From Chloroflexota bacterium (GTDB lineage Bacteria > Chloroflexota > UBA11872), in assembly GCA_965219705.1 (NCBI GenBank), contig OZ244789.1, forward strand, positions 2,339,429 through 2,403,428: a stretch of DNA of 64,000 nt, given 5' to 3'. This document shows, one piece after another, positions 35,939 through 46,200 of this stretch (its first letter is position 1; every line of letters begins with the position of its first letter). The notes under the pieces were generated by a model. It was not told the origin of the DNA and made no database searches. It saw only the letters and a program-made list of their open reading frames with translations. The translations under genes and the position numbers were made by a program.

Positions 35939-37600
35939 ATGATGCGCGGGCGGTTTGCGGTCGTCGAGGCGCTGCGCGCCGAGGGCGTCCGCTACGTGTT
36001 TGGCAATCCCGGCACCACCGAGAGCCCGCTGATGGATGCGCTGGATCGCGCACCCGACCTGAAGTACATCCTGGCCGCGCAGGAAGGCGTGGCCATGGGC
36101 ATGGCGGACGGCTATGCCCGGGCGTCCGGCTGCGTCCCGTTCGTCAACCTGCATATCGATACCGGTCTGTCGAATGGGATGAGCCTGCTCTTCAACGCCT
36201 ATGCCGGCGGGACGCCGCTGGTGCTCTCGTCGGTGAACAGCAGCCTGGCCAAGATGGCCGACTACCGCACCGATCTGGCGGGGCTCACCCGGCCGTTCAC
36301 GAAGTGGGGCACCGAGGTCACCCACGCGGACCAGATTCCATCCGTGATGCGGCGCGCCTTTGCCGAGGCACGGACGCCGCCGACGGGTCCGACGTTCGTC
36401 GGGTTCACGCCGGAGGCGCTTGACGGTGAGGCCGAGGTGACGATCGCGCCGCGCAGCGAGACCTATACGCGGGCGGGTCCCGACCCAAGCGCGATTGAGG
36501 CTGCCGCGGCAGTCCTGGCTACGGCTCAGCGCCCCGTGATGCTCATCGGTGACCGCGTGGCGCAGTACAGCGCCGTCGATGCCGCCGTGGGCGTGGCTGA
36601 GCGCTTGGGCGCACGCGTCTACGGCGCCGGATACCCCGAGATGTCGTTCCCCACGGGGCAAGCCCAATGGATCGGCCAGCTGCCGCCGTATTCCCGGCTC
36701 TATCCGGAACAGCTGCGCGCGGCCGACGTGGTGCTTGCCGTGGGGTGCAAGGTCTTTCACGACTTCTTCGACCTGCCGACCGACGTGCTCGCGCCCGGCG
36801 CCAAGCTCATTCACGTGGACTGCAACGCCAACGAGATCAACCGCTCCCAGCCGACCGACGTGGGCATCCTGTGCGATCCGCGCGCCGGCTTGGAGGCGCT
36901 GGCCGAGGCGCTCGATGCCAGATTCAACTCCAGCCAGCGTGATGCCGCTCGCGACCGCGCCAAGACCATCGCGGCCGAGACCACGGCCACTCGCGCTGCC
37001 GCGCAAGCGACCATGCGCGAGTGTCGGGCGAACCGCCCAATGCCGCCCGTCCGCATGATGCACGAGCTGGCACAGGCAGCGCCTGCCGACACAGTGGTCG
37101 TGGACGACTCGATCAGCGCCCGCATGGTGTTGCATGAGGCGTTCGAGTTCAGCCGACCGGGCAGCATGCACTCCGAGCGAGCCGGCGGGGCCATCGGCTG
37201 GGGCATGGGCGCCACGCTTGGCGTGAAGCTGGCCGAGCCCAACCGTCCGGTGCTGGGAATCATCGGCGACGGCAGCGCCATGCTGTCCGTCCAGGCCCTA
37301 TGGACGGCCAGCGCCTACAAGATCCCCGTGGTCTATGCCATCTGCAACAACGGCGGCTATCGCGTGCTGAAGGTGAACCTGCACGCCTACTTCAACGACG
37401 TGCTGCGTGAGCCGGACCGCCGGACGAGCTATCTCGGGATGGACCTGCCGCAGGAGTTTGACCTGGCCGCGATCGCCGGGGCCATGGGCGTGGCGGCCGA
37501 GCGGATTGAGGACCCCGAGCGGGTTGGCCCCGCGCTCGAGCGTGCCCTGGACTCTGGCGCGCCGGCGCTGCTCGACATCGTCATCGACGGAGCGTTGTAG
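35939..37600 (+). CDS. thiamine-diphosphate enzyme of the acetolactate synthase / benzoylformate decarboxylase family
   Basis: RGRFAVVEALRAEGVRYVFGNPGTTESPLMDAL...YILAAQEGVAMGMADGYARASG, plus the C-terminal GDGSAM...CNNGGY ThDP motif. Confidence 0.85.
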   Translation: MMRGRFAVVEALRAEGVRYVFGNPGTTESPLMDALDRAPDLKYILAAQEGVAMGMADGYARASGCVPFVNLHIDTGLSNGMSLLFNAYAGGTPLVLSSVNSSLAKMADYRTDLAGLTRPFTKWGTEVTHADQIPSVMRRAFAEARTPPTGPTFVGFTPEALDGEAEVTIAPRSETYTRAGPDPSAIEAAAAVLATAQRPVMLIGDRVAQYSAVDAAVGVAERLGARVYGAGYPEMSFPTGQAQWIGQLPPYSRLYPEQLRAADVVLAVGCKVFHDFFDLPTDVLAPGAKLIHVDCNANEINRSQPTDVGILCDPRAGLEALAEALDARFNSSQRDAARDRAKTIAAETTATRAAAQATMRECRANRPMPPVRMMHELAQAAPADTVVVDDSISARMVLHEAFEFSRPGSMHSERAGGAIGWGMGATLGVKLAEPNRPVLGIIGDGSAMLSVQALWTASAYKIPVVYAICNNGGYRVLKVNLHAYFNDVLREPDRRTSYLGMDLPQEFDLAAIAGAMGVAAERIEDPERVGPALERALDSGAPALLDIVIDGAL

Positions 37601-38681
37601 CCGCACCAACGTCCGGCGCCAGCACGACCTTGCCGATGGTCTCTCGCGCCTCGATCATGCGGTGCGCCTCCGACGCCTGTTCGAGCGGCAGCACGGCCGC
37701 CACGACGGGACGCAGCTCGCCCGCCGCGACTCGTTGAAACAGGTCTTCCATGATCTCGGGAGCGTGCGCCGCGGCGTTGCTCGCGCCGCCCCATCCCACG
37801 AGGCGGAGGTTCTTGGTCCAGAAGGGATAGAAGTCCACCCGGCCCACGCCGCTGAAGCTGTTGGACCCGAAGCTGACCATGCGTCCGCCTTCGGCCATGC
37901 ACTCCAGGCTGTGGGCGAACACCTCCCCGCCCACCGTTTCCCACACCACGTCCACCCCGCGACCGTCCGTCGCCGCGAGCACCGCCGGCACGAAGTCCTC
38001 CGCGCGGTAGTCGATCACCACATCGGCGCCCAGCTCGCGCACCAGCGCCACCTTGGCCGGGCCTCCCGCGGTGGCGACCACTCGGGCGCCGAACGATTTG
38101 GCCAACTGCACCGCCAGGACGCCCGTCCCGCCCGCCGCGGCGTGAATCAGCACCGTCTCGCCGACTGACAACCCCGCGGCGATCCGCAGCGTGTGATACG
38201 CGACCGGCGCGTAGTTAAAGGCGGCGGCTTGAGCCGCCGTGAACCCTTCGGGCACTGCGGTCGGGCCGACCCGGCCTTCAGGGTCGGCGTGCAAGGCGGC
38301 GGCGTCCACCACGCCGTAGTCGGCGTACGATCCGGGCCGCAGGCCGCCGACGAGATGCCGCGACCCCAAGGCCACGTCATGCACGTCGGACCCTAGGGCC
38401 ACCACCTCGCCGCACACCGTGCCACCGCGCACGTACGGCGGAGTGCCGAGGCCGTAGCCGGGCTCGCGCGCTGACCCGATGCGCCCGCTGCCGCCCCGCC
38501 GAAGGTGCAACTGGACATAGTCGACCGACACCGCCACCACGCGCAGCAGCACTTCGTCCGAACCGGGTTGCGGCACGGCGAGTTGGGCGGGGACCAGCAC
38601 GTCCGGCGGACCAAACGTGTGATGGACCGCCGCGCGCATGTGGGTCGGCAGAGACGGGGTCATTGCACCCGGTGCGGCCAT
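37581..38681 (-). CDS. NADPH:quinone oxidoreductase-like MDR family protein
   Basis: MRAAVHHTFGPPDVLVPAQLAVPQPGSDEVLLRV...VLIHAAAGGTGVLAVQLAK. The start is uncertain (Met at 38681, 38663 or 38639). Confidence 0.8.
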   Translation of the reverse strand: MAAPGAMTPSLPTHMRAAVHHTFGPPDVLVPAQLAVPQPGSDEVLLRVVAVSVDYVQLHLRRGGSGRIGSAREPGYGLGTPPYVRGGTVCGEVVALGSDVHDVALGSRHLVGGLRPGSYADYGVVDAAALHADPEGRVGPTAVPEGFTAAQAAAFNYAPVAYHTLRIAAGLSVGETVLIHAAAGGTGVLAVQLAKSFGARVVATAGGPAKVALVRELGADVVIDYRAEDFVPAVLAATDGRGVDVVWETVGGEVFAHSLECMAEGGRMVSFGSNSFSGVGRVDFYPFWTKNLRLVGWGGASNAAAHAPEIMEDLFQRVAAGELRPVVAAVLPLEQASEAHRMIEARETIGKVVLAPDVGAATTLRR

Positions 38682-38800
38682 GCACCGTCGTCGCGGCTGC
38701 GTGGCTGGATGTGTGGACGACCGCTTGATGGCCCTACCATTGGCTGTATCGGTCTCCAGGGTGCACTGCTATCGACGCTTCGGATGCCACCCCGCCGCGC

Positions 38801-39490
38801 GTGCTCGTCGTTGACGATGAGGCCAGTCTGCGCGCGGCTCTGACCTACAACCTACGCCGCGAGCACTACGCTGTCGAGACGGCCAGCGACGGGGAGGAGG
38901 CGCTCAATCTCGCCCTCACTTCCGACCCCGACCTGATCATCCTGGACCTCATGCTTCCCGGTATGGATGGGCTCGATGTCTGCCGTCAAATCCGGCGGCG
39001 GAGCTCGGTGCCCATCCTCATGCTCACGGCGCGCGACGACGAGATCGATCGCGTCGTCGGCCTCGAAATCGGCGCCGATGACTATCTGACCAAGCCCTTC
39101 TCGATGCGTGAGCTCATCGCGCGCACGCGCGCCATGCTGCGGCGCCGGCGGTTGCTGCGCGCCGAAGTTGCCGCTTCCCAGCGCGACGCCCACGTGCTCG
39201 AGGCCGGCGGCGTACGCCTATCGGTCCCCGACCGCAGCGTGGAGATTGACGGTCGAGCGGTGCAGCTCAAGCCCAAGGAGTTCGAGCTGCTGGCCTTTCT
39301 CATGCGCCACGCTGGCCACGTGTATTCCGCCGAGCGGCTGATCGAGCACGTGTGGGGCTATCCGCCGACCAGCGACACGCGCACCGTAGCCGTCCACATT
39401 CGCAGCCTGCGGACGCGCATCGAAGGCGACCCCTCGCACCCGCGCCGGATTCAGACGCTCCGCGGGGTCGGCTACAGGTTCGTCCCCTAA
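38801..39490 (+). CDS. OmpR/PhoB-family response regulator (PhoP/PhoB-like by context)
   Basis: Receiver domain VLVVDDEASLR...DLIILDLMLPGMDGLDVC...ADDYLTKPFSMREL and a winged-helix output domain (VHIRSLRTRIE...IQTLRGVGYRF). GTG start. Confidence 0.9.
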   Translation: MLVVDDEASLRAALTYNLRREHYAVETASDGEEALNLALTSDPDLIILDLMLPGMDGLDVCRQIRRRSSVPILMLTARDDEIDRVVGLEIGADDYLTKPFSMRELIARTRAMLRRRRLLRAEVAASQRDAHVLEAGGVRLSVPDRSVEIDGRAVQLKPKEFELLAFLMRHAGHVYSAERLIEHVWGYPPTSDTRTVAVHIRSLRTRIEGDPSHPRRIQTLRGVGYRFVP

Positions 39491-39501
39491 GGGAATTCAT
39501 C

Positions 39502-40872
39502 ATGGGGCTCCGCGCGCGGCTCGTGCTCGCCAGCGCCGCCGGTGTCGTCAGCGGCGTTCTGACGTTGTGGATAGCCCTCGCCGTGGGTGGGGGATTGCTG
39601 TCTGGCCTCGGAGCGTGGGCGGTGGTGGGACTCGGCGTTGGCGGAGGAATCGGCGTTGGACTCGTGCTCCATGCCATGCGCGTGCCCATGCGCACGATCG
39701 CGGCCGTCCGAGATGGTCTTGCGCATGCCGCCGGCGGGCAGGTCGCGTCGGCGGTGCCGGCTGTGGGCGCCGGCACAGCTGATCTGGCCCGAGAGTTCAA
39801 CGAGGCGGCGCACGCCCTTGAGCTTCGGCTCCGCGCCATTCGCCAAAGTCATGCGCAGCTCGAGGCTGTCCTGAGCGCCATGGCCGACGGCGTCGTCATC
39901 GTGGATGAGGAGGAGGCCGTGGCGCTGATGAATCCCGCGGCTGGGTCGCTCCTCGGCGTCGACGCGGACGATGCGCCTGGGCGGTCGCTCCCAGACGCCC
40001 TGCGTGACCATGAATTGGTCGGTGTTTGCCAGCGGGCGCGAAGCGCCGGCGATGCCGTCAGCGAGTCCCTTGCGGTTGGACCGCTCGGCCGATCGGTCCA
40101 GGCAGTCGCGACCCCCATCCGGCTCGGCGACGTGCGTCACATCGTTTTGATGATGCATGACCTTACGGAAGTCAGAGCCACGGCGGCGGCTCGGCGCGAC
40201 TTCGTCGCCAACGTGTCGCATGAGCTTCGGACGCCGGTCACGTCGCTGCGCGCCCTGGTCGAGTCGCTACAGGCGGGCGCCGTCGACGACCCGGAGTTGC
40301 GCACGGATTTCTTAGGCCGCATCGAAGGTGAGATTGACCGCCTGGCCGCCATGATCGCGGAACTGCTTGACCTGGCCGCTGCCGAAGCCGAGCGGGCATC
40401 CCACCAATTCGAGCGCGTCAACCTCGGCGACCTCGTGCGGCAATCCGCGGAGCGCCTGCGCCCGCAGGCTGAGCGCGGCGGCGTCATGCTGGCCATCGAA
40501 TCGCCTCGCGCCGTGCTCACCGTCAGCGCCGACCCGGCACAGACGGACCGCATGGTGGTCAATCTCCTGCACAACGCCATCAAGTTCACGCCGCCGGGCG
40601 GCCAGGTGCGGGTGAGCGTTCAGGTGGAGGACGGTGAGGCGGTCGTTCGCGTGCAAGACACCGGCGTCGGGATTGATCCCGAGGAGTTGCCCCGTGTCTT
40701 CGAGCGCTTCTACAAGGTGGACCCGTCACGCGCGAGCGAGGGCGCCGGGCTCGGGCTGGCCATCGCCAAGCACACGGCCCTGTTGCACGGCGGACGCATC
40801 TGGGCCGAGTCCGATGGACCGGACCGGGGCGCCGTCTTCACCGTGGCGCTGCCCGTCGTTACCGAGAATTAA
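39502..40872 (+). CDS. phoR: sensor histidine kinase, PhoR-like (TM-HAMP-PAS-HisKA-HATPase)
   Basis: H-box FVANVSHELRTPVTSL, an N/G1/G2 region (NLLHNAIKFTPPGG, DTGVGI, GLGLAIAK), and its position upstream of pstSCAB-phoU. Confidence 0.8.
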   Translation: MGLRARLVLASAAGVVSGVLTLWIALAVGGGLLSGLGAWAVVGLGVGGGIGVGLVLHAMRVPMRTIAAVRDGLAHAAGGQVASAVPAVGAGTADLAREFNEAAHALELRLRAIRQSHAQLEAVLSAMADGVVIVDEEEAVALMNPAAGSLLGVDADDAPGRSLPDALRDHELVGVCQRARSAGDAVSESLAVGPLGRSVQAVATPIRLGDVRHIVLMMHDLTEVRATAAARRDFVANVSHELRTPVTSLRALVESLQAGAVDDPELRTDFLGRIEGEIDRLAAMIAELLDLAAAEAERASHQFERVNLGDLVRQSAERLRPQAERGGVMLAIESPRAVLTVSADPAQTDRMVVNLLHNAIKFTPPGGQVRVSVQVEDGEAVVRVQDTGVGIDPEELPRVFERFYKVDPSRASEGAGLGLAIAKHTALLHGGRIWAESDGPDRGAVFTVALPVVTEN

Positions 40873-40913
40873 CGGAACTCTTAGCTCCCGTTTAACTCCC
40901 GTTCAACGTGCGT
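40869..40913 (+). promoter_or_regulatory. candidate Pho box: 11-bp phased direct repeats upstream of pstS
   Basis: TTAGCTcccgt (40881-40891) and TTAACTcccgt (40892-40902) match at 10 of 11 positions. They are flanked by weaker units TTAACGgaact (40869-40879) and TCAACGtgcgt (40903-40913). Hexamers of the TTAACA type with 5-bp spacers are the PhoP/PhoB-type architecture. Confidence 0.45.
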
Positions 40914-40986
40914 GGCTGGGGCTTTAGATCGGCAGCGTACGTTGCTGGCTGTGGTTCACGTCTAGCCGCGGGAGCGGGAGGCACGA

Positions 40987-42078
40987 GTGGCCAAGCTGAC
41001 GAGACGGCAGGTACTTCGAGCACTGGGAGCTGGAATGCTCGGGGTGGGCGCTGCGGGGGGTCTCGCCGCCTGCGGCGAGCCCGAAGTCGTTATCAAAGAA
41101 GTGCCGGTGGATCGCGTGGTGACGCAGGTGGTGGCGAACATCGTCACCGTGACGGCGCCCTCGGGACCGCTGACCGGAACCATCCTGGCGGATGGGTCGA
41201 GCACGGTCGGGCCGGTGACGCAGGCGGTGGCGGAAGAGTTCCGGAGCCAGTTCCCCGAGGTGCGGGTGCCCGTGGGGGTCTCGGGCAGCGGCGCGGGCTT
41301 CAAGAAGTTCTGCATCGGTGAGACGGACATCTCGAACGCGTCGCGGCCGATCAAGGCGAAGGAGATCGACACGTGCGCGGCGAATGGAATCGAGTTCGTG
41401 GAAGTGCCGGTGGCCTTCGATGGGCTGGCGGTGCTGGCGAACCCGGCGAATGACTTTGCGGACTGCCTGACGGTGGCGGAGTTGCAGAAGATCTGGGAGC
41501 CGGCGGCGGAAGACACGATCACCAGCTGGGCCCAGGTGCGGGACGGCTTTCCGGACAAGCCGCTGATCCTCTACGGGCCTGGTGTGGACTCTGGCACGTA
41601 CGACTACTTCACGGACGCGATCGTGGGTGAGGAAGGCGCCAGTCGGGGCGACTTCACGCCGAGTGAAGACGACAACGTGCTGGTGCAAGGGATCGCGGGC
41701 GACGCGAGTGCGACAGGATTCTTTGGGCTGGCGTACTACGCGGCCAACAAGGACAAGCTCAAGCTGGTGTCGGTGGACGGCGGCGACGGCTGCGTGGCGC
41801 CCACGCCGGAGACGGTGAACACGGGGACGTACCAGCCGCTGTCGCGGCCGTTGTTCGTGTACATCTCGGCGCCGGCGGCGGAGCGGCCGGAAGTGCAGAC
41901 GTTCATGGAGTTCTACCTCAAGAACGCCGGGACGCTGGCGGGCGACGTGGGCTACGTGGCGCTGCCCCCCAACATCTACGACCTGGCGCTGGAGCGCTTC
42001 AACAAGCGAGTGACGGGCTCGATATTCGCGGGCGAAGGCGCCAAGGTCGGCGTGTCGCTCGAAGACCTGCTTAGCTAA
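40987..42078 (+). CDS. pstS: phosphate ABC transporter substrate-binding protein
   Basis: Tat/lipoprotein-like leader [30 protein letters not shown]. PstS core [18 protein letters not shown]...[26 protein letters not shown]. Confidence 0.9.
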   Translation: MAKLTRRQVLRALGAGMLGVGAAGGLAACGEPEVVIKEVPVDRVVTQVVANIVTVTAPSGPLTGTILADGSSTVGPVTQAVAEEFRSQFPEVRVPVGVSGSGAGFKKFCIGETDISNASRPIKAKEIDTCAANGIEFVEVPVAFDGLAVLANPANDFADCLTVAELQKIWEPAAEDTITSWAQVRDGFPDKPLILYGPGVDSGTYDYFTDAIVGEEGASRGDFTPSEDDNVLVQGIAGDASATGFFGLAYYAANKDKLKLVSVDGGDGCVAPTPETVNTGTYQPLSRPLFVYISAPAAERPEVQTFMEFYLKNAGTLAGDVGYVALPPNIYDLALERFNKRVTGSIFAGEGAKVGVSLEDLLS

Positions 42079-42096
42079 CCCAATCCCCCTAGCGCT

Positions 42097-43182
42097 GTGG
42101 AAGCCCCCCACTCTGCTCCCAGCGCGCCGGCTCCCGCACCCGCGGAGGTGCGGGAGCCGGCCAGGCGTGGTTTTGGCGCGGTGTTTCGCAGAAAGCCATC
42201 CCGTAAGCTGGGCGCGCGCTTGACTGGTCGGACACCCGTCGCGGAGGACGTGAGCAGCTCAACCGGCGGTCCCGGAGCTCCCGCCCGATTTGCTCCGCGC
42301 CGCGGCCGCGCGCTCATGGAGCGGGGGATCCACGGCGTCCTTTTCTTATGCGCCGCGGTCTCGATTCTGACGACGGCCGGCATCATCTTCACGCTGCTTG
42401 GCGAGGCGCTGGCGTTCTTCCGCGAGATCCCGATCGTGGATTTCCTGACAGGAACGCGCTGGACGCCGCTGTTCGTATCGAAGTCATTCGGGGTATTGCC
42501 GCTGGTCAACGGCACCCTCGTGGTTGCGTTGATCGCCATCCTCGTAGCCGTGCCCATCGGGCTCATGAGCGCGATCTTCCTCAGCGAATACGCTCCGGCG
42601 CGCGTGCGGGCGGCGATAAAGCCGGTGCTGGAGGTCTTGGCCGGCATTCCAACGGTGGTCTACGGCTACTTCGCGCTGCTTTTCGTCACGCCCATCCTGC
42701 GGCAGATATTTCCGCAGACGCAGGTCTTCAATGTGCTCAGCGCCGGCATCGTCATGGGCTTCATGATCCTGCCGATGATGGCGTCCATCAGCGAGGACGC
42801 GCTGCGCGTCGTTCCGCGCAGCTTGCGCGAAGGCGCCTTTGCCCTGGGATCCACGAAGTTCCAGGTGACGGTCCGCGTGGTGGTGCCGGGGGCGCTCTCC
42901 GGAATCCTCGCCGCCGTCATCCTGTCGGTGTCCCGCGCCATCGGCGAGACCATGATCGTGTCCATCGCCGCGGGTCAACAGCCGAAGGTCGGCTTCGATC
43001 TGCTCTCGTCGATGGAGACCATGACGGCCTACATCGTGCAGGTCAGCCTCGGCGACACGCCGCAGGACACGATCGAGTACCGCACGCTCTTTGCGGTTGG
43101 CACGCTGTTGTTCCTGATGACGTTCGTGATGAATATCCTGAGTGACTGGATCGTGCGCCGGTACCGAGAGGTGTATCAGTGA
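42097..43182 (+). CDS. pstC: phosphate ABC transporter permease PstC
   Basis: Polytopic permease with the PstC-type EAA loop ([24 protein letters not shown]). The N-terminal about 70 aa is low complexity, so the true start may be as late as the ATG at 42316. Confidence 0.85.
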   Translation: MEAPHSAPSAPAPAPAEVREPARRGFGAVFRRKPSRKLGARLTGRTPVAEDVSSSTGGPGAPARFAPRRGRALMERGIHGVLFLCAAVSILTTAGIIFTLLGEALAFFREIPIVDFLTGTRWTPLFVSKSFGVLPLVNGTLVVALIAILVAVPIGLMSAIFLSEYAPARVRAAIKPVLEVLAGIPTVVYGYFALLFVTPILRQIFPQTQVFNVLSAGIVMGFMILPMMASISEDALRVVPRSLREGAFALGSTKFQVTVRVVVPGALSGILAAVILSVSRAIGETMIVSIAAGQQPKVGFDLLSSMETMTAYIVQVSLGDTPQDTIEYRTLFAVGTLLFLMTFVMNILSDWIVRRYREVYQ

Positions 43183-44060
43183 CCCAGGATGCGTCCACTC
43201 GCTGGCGCCCACGCATCCGACAGCGCAACGCCATCGGGCGCGTCTTTGCCGCGCTGACCATCGTGTCTACCTTGCTCGGCGTCGCCGTGCTCGTGGCCCT
43301 GCTGATCGATGTCTTCAGCGATGGCGCCGCGCAAGTGGACGGTGAATTCCTGACCAGCTACCCCTCCCGCTTTCCAGAGAATGCCGGGTTGCGCTCGGCC
43401 CTTCTGGGCACGCTGTGGATGCTTGTTGCCACGGCCGCGATCGCGTTCCCGCTTGGCGTTGGCGCGGCGGTGTATCTCGAGGAATACGCGCCCGCCAACT
43501 GGCTGACCAGGTTCATCCAGCTCAACATCGCAAACCTGGCCGGGGTTCCGTCGGTCGTCTATGGCTTGCTGGGTCTCGGGCTCTTCGTTCGCTGGTTCGC
43601 GCTGGGCCGGAGCATCCTCGCGGGAGCAATGACGATGGCGCTCTTGATTCTGCCGCTCATCATCGTCGCGTCGCGCGAAGCGATTCGGGCCGTGCCGGAC
43701 GGCCAGCGTGAAGCGTCGTACGCCCTGGGGGCGACCAAATGGCAGACGGTCTTTCGTACCGTGCTGCCCGCGGCCGGGGGAGGGATTCTCACCGGGACCA
43801 TCCTCGCGCTGGCCCGGGCCATTGGCGAGACCGCGCCTCTGATCACGATTGGGGCGTTGACGTATATCGCGTTTGACCCGACCGGTCCTATGGACCTTTT
43901 CACGGTCCTCCCGATCCAGATCTTCAACTGGGTCTCGCTACCGCAGCAGGGGTTTAGCGACCTCGCGGCCGGAGGTATCGTGATCCTGCTCATCGTCTTG
44001 TTGTTGGCCAACTCGATCGCCCTCTTCGTCCGGTTCCGATTGCAGCGGAGGTTTGACTGA
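43179..44060 (+). CDS. pstA: phosphate ABC transporter permease PstA
   Basis: [31 protein letters not shown] loop. There is a 4-nt overlap with pstC. Confidence 0.9.
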   Translation: MTQDASTRWRPRIRQRNAIGRVFAALTIVSTLLGVAVLVALLIDVFSDGAAQVDGEFLTSYPSRFPENAGLRSALLGTLWMLVATAAIAFPLGVGAAVYLEEYAPANWLTRFIQLNIANLAGVPSVVYGLLGLGLFVRWFALGRSILAGAMTMALLILPLIIVASREAIRAVPDGQREASYALGATKWQTVFRTVLPAAGGGILTGTILALARAIGETAPLITIGALTYIAFDPTGPMDLFTVLPIQIFNWVSLPQQGFSDLAAGGIVILLIVLLLANSIALFVRFRLQRRFD

Positions 44061-44911
44061 TGCAGACCAGGTCAACGGAAGTCCGCGCGGCTGAGGCACA
44101 GATGGTCCAATCGGCCAACGAATCCCTTGCTGCGAACGGGTCGGCGAAGCCCGACGTCCTGGTCACTGAAGACCTGAAATTCTGGTATGGGACCTCGCTC
44201 GCGCTGGCGGGCATCTCGCTCAGCATTCCGCGGAACGAAGTCTTCGCCATCATCGGTCCGTCAGGTTGCGGCAAGAGCACCTATCTGCGTTGTCTGAACC
44301 GCATGAACGATCTCATTCCGAGCGCGCGCGTGGAAGGCCGCGTGATTTTCGACGGCGTGAACATATATGCGCGAAACGTGGACGCGGTGCAGATGCGGCG
44401 CCGCATCGGCATGGTGTTTCAGAAACCGAATCCATTCCCCAAGTCCATCTACGACAACGTTGCCTACGGCCCCAAGGTCAATGGCTACCGCGGGTCGATG
44501 GACGACCTCGTCGAGCACTCATTGCGGCAGGCGGCGCTCTGGGACGAGGTCAAGGACGATCTCAAGAAGAGCGGCCTCGACCTCTCCGGCGGCCAGCAGC
44601 AGCGACTCTGCATCGCACGGGCGCTCGCGGTCGAGCCGGACGTAGTCCTCATGGACGAGCCCTGCTCGGCCCTTGACCCCATCGCGACGACCCGCATCGA
44701 GGACCTGATCCGCGAGCTGCGCGAGCACTACACCATTGTCATCGTCACCCACAACATGCAGCAGGCCGCTCGCGTCTCCGATCGCACCTCGTTCTTCATG
44801 ATTGACGATGCGGGCGCCGGCTCGCTCGTTGAGGTCGACGAGACCCAGCGGCTCTTTACCACACCGTCGGACCAGCGCACCGAGGACTACATCACCGGCC
44901 GCTTCGGCTAG
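44060..44911 (+). CDS. pstB: phosphate ABC transporter ATP-binding protein
   Basis: [49 protein letters not shown] and the C-terminal YITGRFG. The TGATG overlap couples it to pstA. Confidence 0.95.
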   Translation: MQTRSTEVRAAEAQMVQSANESLAANGSAKPDVLVTEDLKFWYGTSLALAGISLSIPRNEVFAIIGPSGCGKSTYLRCLNRMNDLIPSARVEGRVIFDGVNIYARNVDAVQMRRRIGMVFQKPNPFPKSIYDNVAYGPKVNGYRGSMDDLVEHSLRQAALWDEVKDDLKKSGLDLSGGQQQRLCIARALAVEPDVVLMDEPCSALDPIATTRIEDLIRELREHYTIVIVTHNMQQAARVSDRTSFFMIDDAGAGSLVEVDETQRLFTTPSDQRTEDYITGRFG

Positions 44912-44925
44912 GGAGGAAGGCGCTC

Positions 44926-45660
44926 ATGCCGCGCCATGAATACATCCAGCGTCTGAATGAACTGCAAGACGAGATGCTGCTCATCGGGTCGATGGTTGAC
45001 AAGGCGGTCCAGCGTGCCTTGACGGCCCTCAGGACCCGCGACGCCGCAATGGCCCAGGCGGTGATTGACGCGGACGATGACATCGACGCGCGTCAGATCC
45101 AACTCGAAGAACACGCCATCGACATCATGGCCACGCAACAGCCGATGGCCAGCGACCTGCGCCAACTCGTCACAACCATCCACGTGGCCGATGAGCTGGA
45201 GCGCATGGGTGACTACGCCGAAGGCATCGCCAAGATCACGCTGCTCATGGGCGAACAGGCGCCCATCAAGCCGCTGATCGACATTCCCCGCATGGCGGAC
45301 ATCGCCCGCGACATGCTGCGCGCTAGCCTCGACGCGCTCGTGGCCCGCGATACAGACGCCGCATCGTGCGTGTGGCAGCGGGACGACGAGGTCGACGACC
45401 TGTACGAGCAGGTGTACCGCGAGCTTCTTACGCACATGATCGAGGACCCGAAGAAGATCGAGCGCGCGACCTATCTGATCTGGGTCGCCCACAACCTGGA
45501 GCGAATTGCCGACCGCGCCACGAACATCGCCGAGCGTGTGATCTTCGTCAGCACGGGCCGCGTTCCCACACGCGAGGAGTGGTGGGACAAGCGCCTCACG
45601 GAGCAGAGCAATGGCGCCAATCCGGGCGGCGACGGCGGGTATCCGCCGGTTGGGGTCTGA
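44926..45660 (+). CDS. phoU: phosphate signalling complex protein PhoU
   Basis: Two PhoU repeats (DDDIDARQIQLEEHAI...ELERMGDYAEGIAK and DDEVDDLYEQVYRELL...NLERIADRATNIAERV). It carries an unusually long Gly/Pro tail. Confidence 0.9.
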   Translation: MPRHEYIQRLNELQDEMLLIGSMVDKAVQRALTALRTRDAAMAQAVIDADDDIDARQIQLEEHAIDIMATQQPMASDLRQLVTTIHVADELERMGDYAEGIAKITLLMGEQAPIKPLIDIPRMADIARDMLRASLDALVARDTDAASCVWQRDDEVDDLYEQVYRELLTHMIEDPKKIERATYLIWVAHNLERIADRATNIAERVIFVSTGRVPTREEWWDKRLTEQSNGANPGGDGGYPPVGV

Positions 45661-45973
45661 CACCGGCACGGCTCCCGCGGAGACCGTGGACGCAACAGTC
45701 GCGCTGGCGATGCGCGAGGTTGGCAGCGACGTGCGGGGCAAGGCGCCGCGCCGCATCTCCGACGCCAATTTCCGGGCGACCGACATTTGCATCACCATGG
45801 GATGCGGCGACCAATGTCCGGTCCTCCCCAACGTGCGCTACATCGACTGGCCCTTCGACGATCCCGCCGGCCGCGATCTGGCCGACGTGCGCCCGATTCG
45901 GGATGGCATCGAACGGAACGTCCGCGCGCTGCTTGCCGATCTGGGAGTCAACGCTGACCCCGTGCCCGGCTGA
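45611..45973 (+). pseudogene. arsC: 5'-truncated arsenate reductase / low-molecular-weight phosphatase family remnant (catalytic CX5R P-loop missing)
   Basis: DICITMGCGDQCPVLPNVRYIDWPFDDPAGRDLADVRPIRDGIERNVRALLADL matches the C-terminal two thirds of thioredoxin/mycothiol-type ArsC. No CTGNSCRS-type N-terminus exists in any frame upstream, and the ORF overlaps the phoU 3' end. Confidence 0.55.
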
Positions 45974-46047
45974 TCGGAGCCGACGGCGCTAGCCTGGTAG
46001 GCAATGGTTCCAAGAAGTCTGGGCCGGCGTGGACCGAGGGGCCGTAG

Positions 46048-46150
46048 GGGCGGTTCGCGAACCGCCCGATGCAGTGCGAAGGCCAGCAAACTCGCCCTGG
46101 AAGACCCTTGCAAAACCCCTCCGTCATTCCCGCGCACGCGGGAATCCAGG
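46048..46150 (+). repeat. REP/MITE-family copy: palindrome GGGCGGTTCGCGAACCGCCC (46048-46067) plus hairpin GTCATTCCCGCGCACGCGGGAATCCAGG (46123-46150)
   Basis: The same 20-nt perfect palindrome occurs at 13022-13041. AGACCCTTGC....CCCCTCCGTCATTCCCGCG parallels the TIR-proximal part of the 12999-13120 element. Confidence 0.7.
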
Positions 46151-46200
46151 CCCGGTCATCTGCCAGCGCTCACGCCACGCCCGCCGGCCCGCCAAGCACC

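Noticed and set aside
45520-45660. The PhoU C-terminal VIFVSTGRVPTRE looked like a degenerate ArsC P-loop (VLFVCTGNSCRSQ), which suggested a phoU-arsC fusion.
   Set aside because: ERV(I/V)(F/Y)xVTG is the normal end of the second PhoU repeat, so the resemblance is coincidental. Only the downstream ORF (a different frame) is ArsC-like.
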